A stretch of DNA of 29,001 nt, from assembly GCA_043732305.1 (NCBI GenBank), contig JAYTHU010000152.1:1-29001 (forward strand), read 5' to 3'. A program made the position numbers and the translations under genes. Below the pieces are notes generated by a model. It was given only the letters and a program-made list of their open reading frames with translations, had not been told where the DNA came from and ran no database searches. The DNA comes from Oligoflexia bacterium. Lineage in GTDB: Bacteria; Bdellovibrionota; Bdellovibrionia; JABDDW01. Below, piece after piece: positions 1 through 9,374 of the stretch (position 1 is its first letter; every line of letters starts with the position of its first letter).

Positions 1-103
1 ATTGTTGATTTAGTCTTGCAACCAAATCAAAACATAAAGGCCTCGGATGGACAATTTTGAATTTCTTATATCTGACCCCCCAGTTAATTACGGAGAACCG
101 TGT

Positions 104-1651
104 TCAGTTGGTGACTGGCGTCTTTTTGGCGGGCAAAACTTTTTCCGGTGCAGGAGAGGCCACGGGTTTAGTGACCGTGACTTTCTTTTTTATCTTCTTG
201 GTCTGCACTTTCATCTCCTCTTTGGGCTTTTCCGGAGTCGCAGGAGCAGCATCTGCAGCGGCCTTCTGGACGGGAGCATTTGAAACAACGCCCATGTCTT
301 TGAATACTTTCAAAGCCTTCAGATAATTAAATGCCTGGTGAACTTGATAGTCGCGTTTCAATCTCTCAACAGGAGAAAGTTTGCTCTCGTCTATCTTTTT
401 GGCGGGCTCTTTGGTTTTTTGCCAGAAGACCATGTCTTCGCCTTCACTGGCTGGCTCGAGATCTTTAGAATTTAAATCTTTGCCTGATTCATTCACCAAG
501 TGACCATCCATGTCTGCTTCGCGCAAATATTTTCTATGGATGACTGCCTTTTCATAAGCTTCGTTGTCTACGGGTTCCACAAGAATATCTGGCTCGATTC
601 CTTGCGCCTGAATGCTTCGGCCGCTGGGAGTGTAATACCGAGCGATGGTAAGTTTAAGTCCTGCGCCATCGCCAAGGTCAACAACGGATTGCACGCTGCC
701 TTTTCCAAAAGTTCGTGTGCCCATGATGATTGCACGTTTATGATCTTGGAGTGCTCCAGCGACAATTTCTGAGGCCGAAGCTGAATATTCATTAACTAAA
801 ACAACGAGAGGAATGTCCGTACGAGCGCCTTCTTTTTTAGCGTAGGCCACATCTTTTTCTTTTTTATTACGGCCAATGGTACTGACAATCACACCTTCAC
901 CAACAAATTCATTCACCACTTTGATCGCTTGATCCAAAAGACCACCAGGGTTATTTCTTAAATCTAAGACTAAGCCTTTGAGGGGTCCATTTTTCTTTTC
1001 AGTTTTAGAAATGGCTTCGATCAAATCATCACCTGTGCGTTCAATGAAACTGGTGATTCGCACATAACCAAATCCGGCGGCGTAATCAGAGTATTTAACT
1101 GAATGTACTTTGATGACTTCACGCTCGAGAGAATACTTTTGGACTTTTTCAAAACCTTCGCGCCAAATACTCATCGTCACTTTGCTTCCGGCTTTTCCGC
1201 GCATGATGCTCACAGCTTCAGAGAGACTCATACCCTTGGTAGATTTACCATCAAGCTCCACAACTTTATCCCCCCCCTTGATTCCCGCTTTCCAAGCCGG
1301 AGTATCTTCAATGGGACTCATAACCGTGAGAACATCATCTTGCAAACTGATTTCAATACCCACGCCGCCAAACTCGCCGCTAGTCTCTGATTTGAATTCC
1401 TTGAAAATATCTGGTGGAAGAAAATTAGTGTGAGGGTCAAGGCTTGCAAGCATGCCTTTTATTCCGCCATAAATTAATTTTTTGGTGTCTACTTCTTCCA
1501 CGTAATGTTGCTCAATAATATTGAGAACTTTACTGAAGAGTTGCAAATCTGCGTAACGCTCCTTTGTGTTTGTTGCCGCGATTGAAAAACTCGCGATCAC
1601 AAAAAGACTGGATAGACCGACCAAATATTTATGGCGCTTCAAGAATGACAT
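104..1651 (-). CDS. ctpA: Carboxyl-terminal processing protease, S41 family (PDZ + protease), with Lys/Pro/Ala-rich C-terminal tail
   Basis: N-terminal signal/anchor; LDPHTNF, GGVGIEI, LDLRNNPGGLL, catalytic SASASEI and FGKGSVQ, ARYYTPSGRSIQ motifs; AGGGG SD upstream. Confidence 0.95.
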   Translation of the reverse strand: MSFLKRHKYLVGLSSLFVIASFSIAATNTKERYADLQLFSKVLNIIEQHYVEEVDTKKLIYGGIKGMLASLDPHTNFLPPDIFKEFKSETSGEFGGVGIEISLQDDVLTVMSPIEDTPAWKAGIKGGDKVVELDGKSTKGMSLSEAVSIMRGKAGSKVTMSIWREGFEKVQKYSLEREVIKVHSVKYSDYAAGFGYVRITSFIERTGDDLIEAISKTEKKNGPLKGLVLDLRNNPGGLLDQAIKVVNEFVGEGVIVSTIGRNKKEKDVAYAKKEGARTDIPLVVLVNEYSASASEIVAGALQDHKRAIIMGTRTFGKGSVQSVVDLGDGAGLKLTIARYYTPSGRSIQAQGIEPDILVEPVDNEAYEKAVIHRKYLREADMDGHLVNESGKDLNSKDLEPASEGEDMVFWQKTKEPAKKIDESKLSPVERLKRDYQVHQAFNYLKALKVFKDMGVVSNAPVQKAAADAAPATPEKPKEEMKVQTKKIKKKVTVTKPVASPAPEKVLPAKKTPVTN

Positions 1652-1687
1652 GGAGGATTCCCCTTTTGTTTTTGAGCTATATATTAA

Positions 1688-2851
1688 TCATAGTCTGGCA
1701 ATGGATTTCAAATCAAGCCAAGGTAGCGGATCTAGACTTTCGCTAAAGTGCCGGATCTCTAAGTACAGACCTGGACCACGCAAACTACCCGTTTCACCAC
1801 TTTTTGCAATGACCTCACCTGGTTGAACTTCATCTCCGATTTTTTTCAAGAGTGCAGAGCAATGAGCATAAACCGAATAGTAATGATCTCCGTGATCTAG
1901 AATCACCGTGTCACCGAATCCATTGACCCAACCCACGTAAACAACTTTTCCCAAATACAAAGCGGATATCTCATCGCCTAACTTTGCGGCAAAAAACAAA
2001 CCCTTATGGAAAATTTTTGTGTCAAAACGATTGTCCGTAAATATTCCATACTTTTGAACAATAACTCGACTCACAGGCGCTTTCATTTGGCCTTGGCGTT
2101 CAAAGAAAGAAGCTTGATCGACTTCGTCAAAACTGGGCTCTAACTTTCCAATATTTCTTAATTTCTCTTCTAAATGAATTCCGGCTTCGCGCCATTCTTT
2201 AAGAGCCATCAAATGAAGTTCGCGATCTTTTTCGATACTCGAAAGAAGATAGACTTGATTTTCTTTTTGATCGGCAAAGACTTTCTTCTCCGACTGAAGA
2301 TTATGATCTGCTATCAAGTAGATTTTCACCTGAGCTTTGAGTTTATCCTGCTCGCGAAGTGTCTCTGCAATGCTTTGCCTGTAGCCAACCAAAAGCTGCA
2401 AATCTTTTTGCGTGACAATGCGCATGAATTTCACATTGCGAGAAAGCTCAGTGCTAGAATTACTTGAAAGTAACACTTGTGCATACCCCTGAGCTCCCAT
2501 TTTATAGAGCGCTCGAAGTCTCACTGAAAGTTTTAATTTCTGTTTGTCCTTAGATTTTTCCATGCGCGCGACAATCACCGATTGGTTTTCAATTTTTTTC
2601 TTGAACGATCGCATTTGTTCTTCGAGACTCAAAATCTCCGCGTTAGTTTTGCTCAGATCTTTATTGATATCGTAAAGCAACCCTAAAATTCCGCGCTTCT
2701 TGATTTCCGCCTCTAAAATTTTTTCCTTTTCAGTCGAAATTTTACCTTTGATTTCAACGATGCTGCTTTTTGAAAAGATGCTTGCGTGACAGGGAATTTC
2801 TAACGAAAGGAAAGCATTCAAAGAAAGTGACATGAGGGCGAGAGAAATCAC
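1688..2851 (-). CDS. envC: Murein hydrolase activator EnvC-like (coiled coil + degenerate M23/LytM domain)
   Basis: Signal peptide, long coiled coil, C-terminal M23 fold (GDTVILDHG, YSVYAH, LYLEIRH). Zn ligands degenerate (HKGLF for HxGxD; GLY for HLH). Start overlaps the ftsX stop. Confidence 0.85.
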   Translation of the reverse strand: MISLALMSLSLNAFLSLEIPCHASIFSKSSIVEIKGKISTEKEKILEAEIKKRGILGLLYDINKDLSKTNAEILSLEEQMRSFKKKIENQSVIVARMEKSKDKQKLKLSVRLRALYKMGAQGYAQVLLSSNSSTELSRNVKFMRIVTQKDLQLLVGYRQSIAETLREQDKLKAQVKIYLIADHNLQSEKKVFADQKENQVYLLSSIEKDRELHLMALKEWREAGIHLEEKLRNIGKLEPSFDEVDQASFFERQGQMKAPVSRVIVQKYGIFTDNRFDTKIFHKGLFFAAKLGDEISALYLGKVVYVGWVNGFGDTVILDHGDHYYSVYAHCSALLKKIGDEVQPGEVIAKSGETGSLRGPGLYLEIRHFSESLDPLPWLDLKSIARL

Positions 2852-3774
2852 TTTCTGGTACCTTCCGAAGCAGCCCAGCCCGAATTAATTCTAGCAACAC
2901 AGATGTAGCTTCCGGATGCCCCAATCACGGTTCCACCGGCAATCAAAAGCATCGCGGTGAATAGTGGGAAAAAACTCAGAAGAGAAGTCATGCTTCCTGA
3001 CCCCAAAATTCCATTTAAAATATGAATACTGTAACTGTAAACGACTGACAAAATCAAAAGGGCCAGCCCTGAGGCAAGTCCACCTTGAAATGCCCCTTCA
3101 AGAAGAAACGGTTTACGAATAATATTTGCGGTGGCACCAATGAGTTCCAATATTTCAATTTCTTCTTGTCTTGTTTGCAGCGAAGCGCGAATAGAGTTAC
3201 TCACAGTGAGAAGACAACTGATTAAAATTACAAGTCCTCCAACAATCCCAATCGCTTTTCCGTAGCGAGCCAGCAGCGTGTAGTTCTTCACCCATTCTTG
3301 GCCGAAGCTCACGTCTTCTACTCCAGGCATGGCTTGCATCTCACTTGCGATTTCGTCGATGGTGTTTGGCTTTCTGAATTCTTCTTTGAGCTGAATTTGA
3401 TAGCTCGCAGGAAATGGATTCCCGACATCGTTTTTAAGCGAACTCAAAAATTGAGGGCCATAGCTTTTGAGACTGCGCTCGAAAATATGCGCGGCCGCCT
3501 CTCTATCAACAAAGCTATAGTTGGAAACACTCTCAAAACTTTTCAGCTTCAATTCAATATTAGCTCTCTGCTCAGAGGTGATATTGTCTTGAAGATATCC
3601 GGTGATCTGAATATCTTCCCCCCAAACAGTGAATAGTTTAGAAATATTTTGAGAGAAAAGTAGGCAGCCAAAAATGAGCCCGAAGCTCAAAGCTAAAACG
3701 CCAGTTGTGGCTAAATTGATCCAAAAATGAGAACCCCAACTTCGTTTTAAAATCTGAATAAAGTCTTTGATCAT
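2848..3774 (-). CDS. ftsX: Cell division permease-like protein FtsX
   Basis: Four-TM layout, NPFPASY periplasmic motif, RQEEIEILELIGAT...IRKPFLLEG motif; ATGA overlap with ftsE. Confidence 0.93.
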   Translation of the reverse strand: MIKDFIQILKRSWGSHFWINLATTGVLALSFGLIFGCLLFSQNISKLFTVWGEDIQITGYLQDNITSEQRANIELKLKSFESVSNYSFVDREAAAHIFERSLKSYGPQFLSSLKNDVGNPFPASYQIQLKEEFRKPNTIDEIASEMQAMPGVEDVSFGQEWVKNYTLLARYGKAIGIVGGLVILISCLLTVSNSIRASLQTRQEEIEILELIGATANIIRKPFLLEGAFQGGLASGLALLILSVVYSYSIHILNGILGSGSMTSLLSFFPLFTAMLLIAGGTVIGASGSYICVARINSGWAASEGTRK

Positions 3775-4490
3775 AAAAATAATTTCTCCGGCTTATGCAT
3801 GGGAACATCCGGAATATGAATCAGGTTTTTGCTTGAATCATCAGATATGCGACCTTTTTCAAGTCTGAGAACACGGCGATTGCCTTTCGATATGAAACTC
3901 ACGTTGTGAGTGGCAATGACTACGGTTGTTCCTTGCGCATTTATTTTAGCAAAGAGTTCCATGATTTCATCTGATAGGGCGGCGTCAAGATTTCCAGTTG
4001 GTTCATCTGCAATCAACAAACCCGGTTTTGAAATAAGTGCGCGTGCAATGGCCACTCGCTGTTGCTCGCCGCCTGAAAGTTGTTCGGGATAAAATGTCGC
4101 TTTTCTTGAAAGTCCAACTTGTTCCAAAATGGTATGGGCTCGGCTCAACACTTCAGATTTTCTCATTTTTAGAATTTCGAGTGGGAGAGAAACATTCTCA
4201 AGCACGGTCCGGTTTTTAAGAAGTTTGAAATCTTGAAAGACGACGCCGATTTTTCGGCGAACGTAAGGAATATTGCCGGCATGGATTTCGGATAGGCTAT
4301 ATCCCGCAACTTCTACATTTCCAGAGGTGGGTTGATCATAACAAGTGATGAGTTTAAAGAGAGTAGTTTTTCCGGCACCGCTTGGCCCCGTGAGATAAAC
4401 AAATTCACCTTTGGCAATTTCAATCGAAACATCGCTCAAAGCGTGGACAGAACCCGCATAAATTTTGTAAACGTGTGAGAGACGAATCAT
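3771..4490 (-). CDS. ftsE: Cell division ATP-binding protein FtsE
   Basis: Walker [47 protein letters not shown]; adjacent to ftsX. Confidence 0.95.
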   Translation of the reverse strand: MIRLSHVYKIYAGSVHALSDVSIEIAKGEFVYLTGPSGAGKTTLFKLITCYDQPTSGNVEVAGYSLSEIHAGNIPYVRRKIGVVFQDFKLLKNRTVLENVSLPLEILKMRKSEVLSRAHTILEQVGLSRKATFYPEQLSGGEQQRVAIARALISKPGLLIADEPTGNLDAALSDEIMELFAKINAQGTTVVIATHNVSFISKGNRRVLRLEKGRISDDSSKNLIHIPDVPMHKPEKLFL

Positions 4491-4504
4491 CTATTTATTT
4501 TATG

Positions 4505-4771
4505 CTATTTTGTGAGCGCGCCTGAAACCAATTGGTCTAGAATTTTCTCATGTTGCTCGCGCATGCCCATCTGAATGGCCCTTCGTCCTGATGCGAAGCT
4601 TTCTTTTTCTAGTCTTTCGTAAGGAGTTTTTAGACTGGCCACCACAGTGCCTCCAGAAAAAACGCGAGTGACCACAAAAGATTTGTCCTGACCCCAATCC
4701 TCCGTCTGCACGTGATAGGTTTTTCCTTGATAGAGAATGTCGCTATTGAACCCCGGTTCCATTTGTCCCAT
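4505..4771 (-). CDS. Small hypothetical protein (GFN...YHVQTED motif), first gene of the ftsEX operon
   Basis: 88-aa ORF ending 14 nt before ftsE; GFNSDILYQGKTYHVQTEDWG resembles an uncharacterised motif I recall from Myxococcota/Bdellovibrionota proteins; promoter directly upstream. Confidence 0.75.
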   Translation of the reverse strand: MGQMEPGFNSDILYQGKTYHVQTEDWGQDKSFVVTRVFSGGTVVASLKTPYERLEKESFASGRRAIQMGMREQHEKILDQLVSGALTK

Positions 4772-4777
4772 AGAGAA

Positions 4778-4806
4778 AATTTACAGGTGCGCGGGCCTTC
4801 TTTCAA
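4778..4806 (-). promoter_or_regulatory. sigma70-type promoter, probably leaderless transcript
   Basis: Minus strand TTGAAA-N17-TAAATT-N6-ATG(4771); no SD. Confidence 0.55.
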
Positions 4807-4856
4807 CTCTATTTTTCTGCTTGCGTGAGAAGCGGTTCCTATGAGTTATTATTGCT

Positions 4857-5936
4857 ATGAAACATGAACCAATTCAATATAGCGACTATTTGAAAATTCC
4901 TGAACTTCTAAGCCAGCAAAAGCTCCGATCGGAAGAATTGCAAAAGCCAGCTCACGATGAACTTCTGTTCATTACGGTTCATCAAACTTATGAGCTTTGG
5001 TTTAAACAGATGCTTTTCGAACTTGATTCAACTTTAAAGATTTTTGGGCAAGATAAAATAGAAGAGCGCCAGCTCAGCACAGTGGTTCATCGGTTGAATC
5101 GAGTGAATGAGATCATGCGACTTCTCATTGATCAGGTCACGGTGCTAGAAACCATGACCCCTTTGGATTTCTTGGATTTTCGCGACATGCTTTACCCAGC
5201 AAGTGGATTTCAAAGTCTGCAATTTCGATTGCTAGAAATCAAGCTTGGGTTGAAGCCTGAAAGTCGACACTCTTATAACTGTCAGCCGTATCATTCTTAT
5301 GTTTCTAAACCGGAAGCTGAAATTTTAATTGCGACTGAAAAAGAGGCTTCACTCTTTGATTTGATCGATGGATGGCTATCGCGCACTCCCTTTTTAGAAG
5401 AGAAACATTTTAAGTTTTGGGATTTGTTTAAAGGTGCCGTTGAAAAAATGTATGAGCGTGACCGCGAAACTGTTCGGGCGAACCCAAGACTTTCTGCAGA
5501 AGATCGCGATAAGAATCTTGCTGGTATTGATGAAGCGGGCAAACAGTTCGATGCCATTTATGATCCAGTTGAATACGATAAAGTTTTAGCATCAGGCCAA
5601 TTTCGCCTTTCTTACCGAGCTATTCATGCGGCGCTTCTAGTGAGTTTGTATCGCGATGAACCGGTGTTGCATTTGCCTTATCAGGTTTTGAATCAGTTGG
5701 CAGAACTAGACGAACGTATGACCATGTGGCGTTACCGCCATGCCCTTATGGCACAAAGAATGTTGGGATCAAAAATTGGAACAGGTGGATCGAGCGGCCA
5801 CAAGTACCTAAAAGCTGCGACCGAGAAGCATCGAATTTTTGCAGATCTTGTCAATCTGGCGACATTTTTTATTCCACGTTCGGAATTACCGGAACTCCCC
5901 GATTCGCTTAAAAAGCGAATGGGTTTTCAAAGTTAA
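4857..5936 (+). CDS. kynA: Tryptophan 2,3-dioxygenase (long form)
   Basis: YSDYL, HDELLFITVHQTYELWFKQ, PASGFQSLQFR, WRYRH, GTGGSSG motifs. Confidence 0.96.
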   Translation: MKHEPIQYSDYLKIPELLSQQKLRSEELQKPAHDELLFITVHQTYELWFKQMLFELDSTLKIFGQDKIEERQLSTVVHRLNRVNEIMRLLIDQVTVLETMTPLDFLDFRDMLYPASGFQSLQFRLLEIKLGLKPESRHSYNCQPYHSYVSKPEAEILIATEKEASLFDLIDGWLSRTPFLEEKHFKFWDLFKGAVEKMYERDRETVRANPRLSAEDRDKNLAGIDEAGKQFDAIYDPVEYDKVLASGQFRLSYRAIHAALLVSLYRDEPVLHLPYQVLNQLAELDERMTMWRYRHALMAQRMLGSKIGTGGSSGHKYLKAATEKHRIFADLVNLATFFIPRSELPELPDSLKKRMGFQS

Positions 5937-6670
5937 ATACTTCGGCTGTAACCACCATCAACTGCAATCGCTTGACCTGTGATGTAGGCTGCGGGAACGC
6001 TGCTCAAATAGGTTGCAAGTGACGCGAACTCTTCTGGATCTCCAAGTCTTCGTGCGGGAATACCGGCAGCAATTTTTTCTTCGGGTGTCCCTAATTCTAA
6101 AACTCTAGCCGTGCGAGTGTAGCCAGGGAGCAAAGCATTCACCGTGATTCCATCAGCAGCCACTTCATTGCTGATACTTTTCGCTAGACCTAACAATCCA
6201 GATCGATAAGCGTTCGAAATGATAAGCCCTGACATTGGCTCTTTAGCGGCAAATGAAGTCACAATCAGAATTCTTCCAAATTTGTTTTTCTTCATTGATG
6301 GCAAGGCCGTTTGAATGCATTCAATTGTGCTACCAAAAAGCCCCTGGTAAGCTTCTTGCCAATCACCCAAACTGATATCCCCGAAATTGCCGCGTTTAGG
6401 TCCGCCCGTGTTAATGACCAATATGTCTAGGCGGCCCCATTCCTTTAATAATGTTTCAATCGCCTGAATGCCTTCTTGAGTTTTCCCCATATCCACTTGG
6501 AGAATTTTTTCGGCTCCTGTTTTCTTCGCTGAAATTTCAAGTTTTTGAAGATTGCGAGAGCCAATGGCCACTCTCACGCCTTCATCCACCAAAGACTTTG
6601 CGATCGCTTGACCCAACCCGGTCGAAGCACCTAGAACCAATGCCGTCTTCCCTGTTATTTTCAGATCCAT
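5933..6670 (-). CDS. SDR family oxidoreductase with atypical active site, last gene of the kynurenine operon
   Basis: GASTGLG nucleotide-binding motif, NTGGP, ITVNALLPG, YITGQAIAVDGG; SNAYR in place of YxxxK; start overlaps the kmo stop. Confidence 0.9.
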   Translation of the reverse strand: MDLKITGKTALVLGASTGLGQAIAKSLVDEGVRVAIGSRNLQKLEISAKKTGAEKILQVDMGKTQEGIQAIETLLKEWGRLDILVINTGGPKRGNFGDISLGDWQEAYQGLFGSTIECIQTALPSMKKNKFGRILIVTSFAAKEPMSGLIISNAYRSGLLGLAKSISNEVAADGITVNALLPGYTRTARVLELGTPEEKIAAGIPARRLGDPEEFASLATYLSSVPAAYITGQAIAVDGGYSRSI

Positions 6671-8106
6671 AAATCATTCCTTTTTAAAAATGGCGCGAGT
6701 TCGGGTTTCAATTTTTTCTCTATAAGTAACTTGGCTTTCACGAGATCTACTTTTTCCGCAGTAAGTAATCCTTCACAAAGTTCAGTGAGAATTTCATCTT
6801 CGATGACTCCAATTCTTTTCGCTACCTGATAAGGGATGTTAGAAAAACTAACCAACTGATACCTAGAAGCATAGTCAGCAGCGAAGTTTTTCATAAGCAC
6901 TCTCTCGACAGATTTCAGAAACAAGAATTTGGGATCAGCGACCTTATCTCTCATCTCTATAAAGTTTTCTTGCGCTAAATCCGCAATGGCATCGGCGTTT
7001 TGTTTTCTCACCGCGAAAAATTCATGAAATATTTTAGACCAATCAAAACTGTCTAGATATTTGGTCATCACTTGATTGAGAACTCGACAGTCTTCAAATC
7101 CGCAATTCATACCTTGACCGAAGAAGGGCACAATTGCATGAGCGGCATCTCCCATTATCATTGCCTTGCCACTATAGGACCATTTGGATGCTTTGATGGT
7201 TATCATGTGCCCGGTAGGGTTTCCAAAAAAATCGTCTGTCAGATGTGGATGCATTATCAGCGCATCAGGAAAGTTTTTACTGAAAAAATCAGTGACGGCC
7301 TTTGGTGTTTTCAGTTCGTCAAAACTAATTTCTGATTTGTCCATGGGGCTTGATGGCGGGTGTTCAGATAAAAATAAAGTCGCAGTGAAACTTCCGTCTA
7401 AGTTTGGTAAAGCGATGAGCATAAACTTACCACGAGGCCAAATGTGAAGAGCATCTGGGTCCATTTGAAAAATGCCGAATTTCCCGGTGGCGTCTTGTTT
7501 CGCCGCTGGGATCAACAATTCCTTATAGGCGTAAGACAATTTTTCCTGAGATACATCAGCCTGAGTGATTTCTGAAATGGCTTCGCGCATCGCGGAAGCA
7601 CTACCGTCGGCTCCGATGAAAACTCCGCCTGACACTTTTATTTTCTGAGTAGCCGTCTCAACATCAGCAGACATTTCATCTAAATCGAGAAGCGTCAGCT
7701 GATGATCAAAGTGAATTGGTACTTTGTACTTTTCTTGGGCAACGGTCATGAGAATTTTATTTAGATCGCCTCTGGATACGGAATAAATACATTCATCTTC
7801 CTTGCCATAAGGTTGAATATTTACGGAGCCATCCAAAGCATGAACAGCGCGACCTTTCATGGGAAGACAAATTTCCAGCACTTGTTTTTTTAAACCTACT
7901 TCTTCCAAAGCGCTAAGACCGCGAGTCGAAATGGCTAAGTTGATGGATCTGCCACCGGTGGATTTTCCATTGCGCATGTCTCCACGACGCTCATAAATTT
8001 CCACTGGGATTTTCATCCTCGAGAAATAAATAGAAAGTAAAGATCCTACTAGTCCTGCTCCAATAATTTTTATCGGAATGGGGGAATGCAAATCACTTTG
8101 TCGCAT
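6661..8106 (-). CDS. kmo: Kynurenine 3-monooxygenase
   Basis: GAGLVG, GRSINLAISTRG, LHIWPRG, GDAAHAIVPFFGQGMNCGFED, ENFIEMRD. Confidence 0.95.
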   Translation of the reverse strand: MRQSDLHSPIPIKIIGAGLVGSLLSIYFSRMKIPVEIYERRGDMRNGKSTGGRSINLAISTRGLSALEEVGLKKQVLEICLPMKGRAVHALDGSVNIQPYGKEDECIYSVSRGDLNKILMTVAQEKYKVPIHFDHQLTLLDLDEMSADVETATQKIKVSGGVFIGADGSASAMREAISEITQADVSQEKLSYAYKELLIPAAKQDATGKFGIFQMDPDALHIWPRGKFMLIALPNLDGSFTATLFLSEHPPSSPMDKSEISFDELKTPKAVTDFFSKNFPDALIMHPHLTDDFFGNPTGHMITIKASKWSYSGKAMIMGDAAHAIVPFFGQGMNCGFEDCRVLNQVMTKYLDSFDWSKIFHEFFAVRKQNADAIADLAQENFIEMRDKVADPKFLFLKSVERVLMKNFAADYASRYQLVSFSNIPYQVAKRIGVIEDEILTELCEGLLTAEKVDLVKAKLLIEKKLKPELAPFLKRNDLWI

Positions 8107-9352
8107 CTTTTAAAATCTCCCAAAGATGAAAAACATCTTGAAAATTATTGTAAATGGGCATGGTGGAGAACCTCACAATGTCTGGTTCTCTGAAATCACA
8201 GTGGACACCCATTTTAACAAGCTTCGCGTTTATCTCACGCCCATTTTTCTTAAATTTCACGCAAGTGAGATTTCCGCGCTCGGCGGGGTTCCTCGGAGTC
8301 ACTCGTTCGCAAATTCCGAGATCGTCTAATAAAAACTCCAAGTATGAACTCAAACGTTTCCCTTTGATTTCAAGTCGATCCATTCCGGCCGCATCAAAAA
8401 GTTCTAGAGACGCTCGCGCCGCTGCCAACTGAAAAATAGGAGGATTGCTAAGCTGCCAACCTTCTACACCAGGAATAGCATCAAAATTCTTTTCCATTTT
8501 GAAACGAGTGGCTTTGTTTTGTCCCCACCAACCCTGAAGTCTCGGCCCTTCAAAATCGTAGGCATGACGTTCATGCACAAAACATCCAGCCAATCCGCCG
8601 GGCCCAGAGTTCAGATATTTATAAGAACACCAAACCGCAAAATCGGGTCCGTCGTTATGTAAATTGAGTTTTATATTTCCAGCTCCATGGGCCAAATCAA
8701 AGCCTACAAATGCGCCTTTTTTATGACCGGCAAACGTGATGGCCTTCATATCAAAAGCTTGCCCTGTGAGATAATTTGCGTTTCCCAACATGATGAGTGC
8801 GACTTGATCGCCCTCAGCTTCTATGCGTGATAAAATGTGTTCGAGACGAAGATGGTTTTCACCTTCTCGAGGAATAAGTTCAATGATGGCATCTTTGGGA
8901 TCAAATCCGTGCAGTCGAATTTGTGATTGCACGGCGTATTGATCGGAGGGGAAAGCACCTCCCTCAATCATAATTTTAAATTTTTTCTTAGTGGGTCGAT
9001 AAAAAGAAACCATCATCAAGTGCAGATTCACGGTAAGTGTATTCATCATGACAACTTCAATGGGATTGGCTCCAATAAGTTTTGCCGTCATTGCGGTCAA
9101 GGTTTCATGATAGGAGAGCCAAGGATGTTTAGCATGAAAATGGCCTTCAACACCAAACTTAGCCCAATCATCTAATTCTTGATTGATGTACTCTTTCGCC
9201 TTTCGCGGTTGAAGACCAAGAGAATGTCCTGCGAAGTACAGACAAGGAGTTCCATTTTCATTTCTTGGGAAAAGAAAATCCTGCCTGAAGTTCTTCAGCT
9301 CGTCTTTTTCGTCTTCTGATTTCGCAAAAAATAAAGTTTTCTCAAAGTTCAT
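8093..9352 (-). CDS. kynU: Kynureninase (PLP-dependent)
   Basis: YFAGHSLGLQP, MNTLTVNLHL, FPSDQY, DLAHGAGN, WCSYKYLNSGPG, GWWG. Start moved from TTG 9367 to ATG 9352 (AAGGA SD). Confidence 0.96.
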   Translation of the reverse strand: MNFEKTLFFAKSEDEKDELKNFRQDFLFPRNENGTPCLYFAGHSLGLQPRKAKEYINQELDDWAKFGVEGHFHAKHPWLSYHETLTAMTAKLIGANPIEVVMMNTLTVNLHLMMVSFYRPTKKKFKIMIEGGAFPSDQYAVQSQIRLHGFDPKDAIIELIPREGENHLRLEHILSRIEAEGDQVALIMLGNANYLTGQAFDMKAITFAGHKKGAFVGFDLAHGAGNIKLNLHNDGPDFAVWCSYKYLNSGPGGLAGCFVHERHAYDFEGPRLQGWWGQNKATRFKMEKNFDAIPGVEGWQLSNPPIFQLAAARASLELFDAAGMDRLEIKGKRLSSYLEFLLDDLGICERVTPRNPAERGNLTCVKFKKNGREINAKLVKMGVHCDFREPDIVRFSTMPIYNNFQDVFHLWEILKDATK

Positions 9353-9374
9353 GGCGGTATCCTTCAATCAATTT

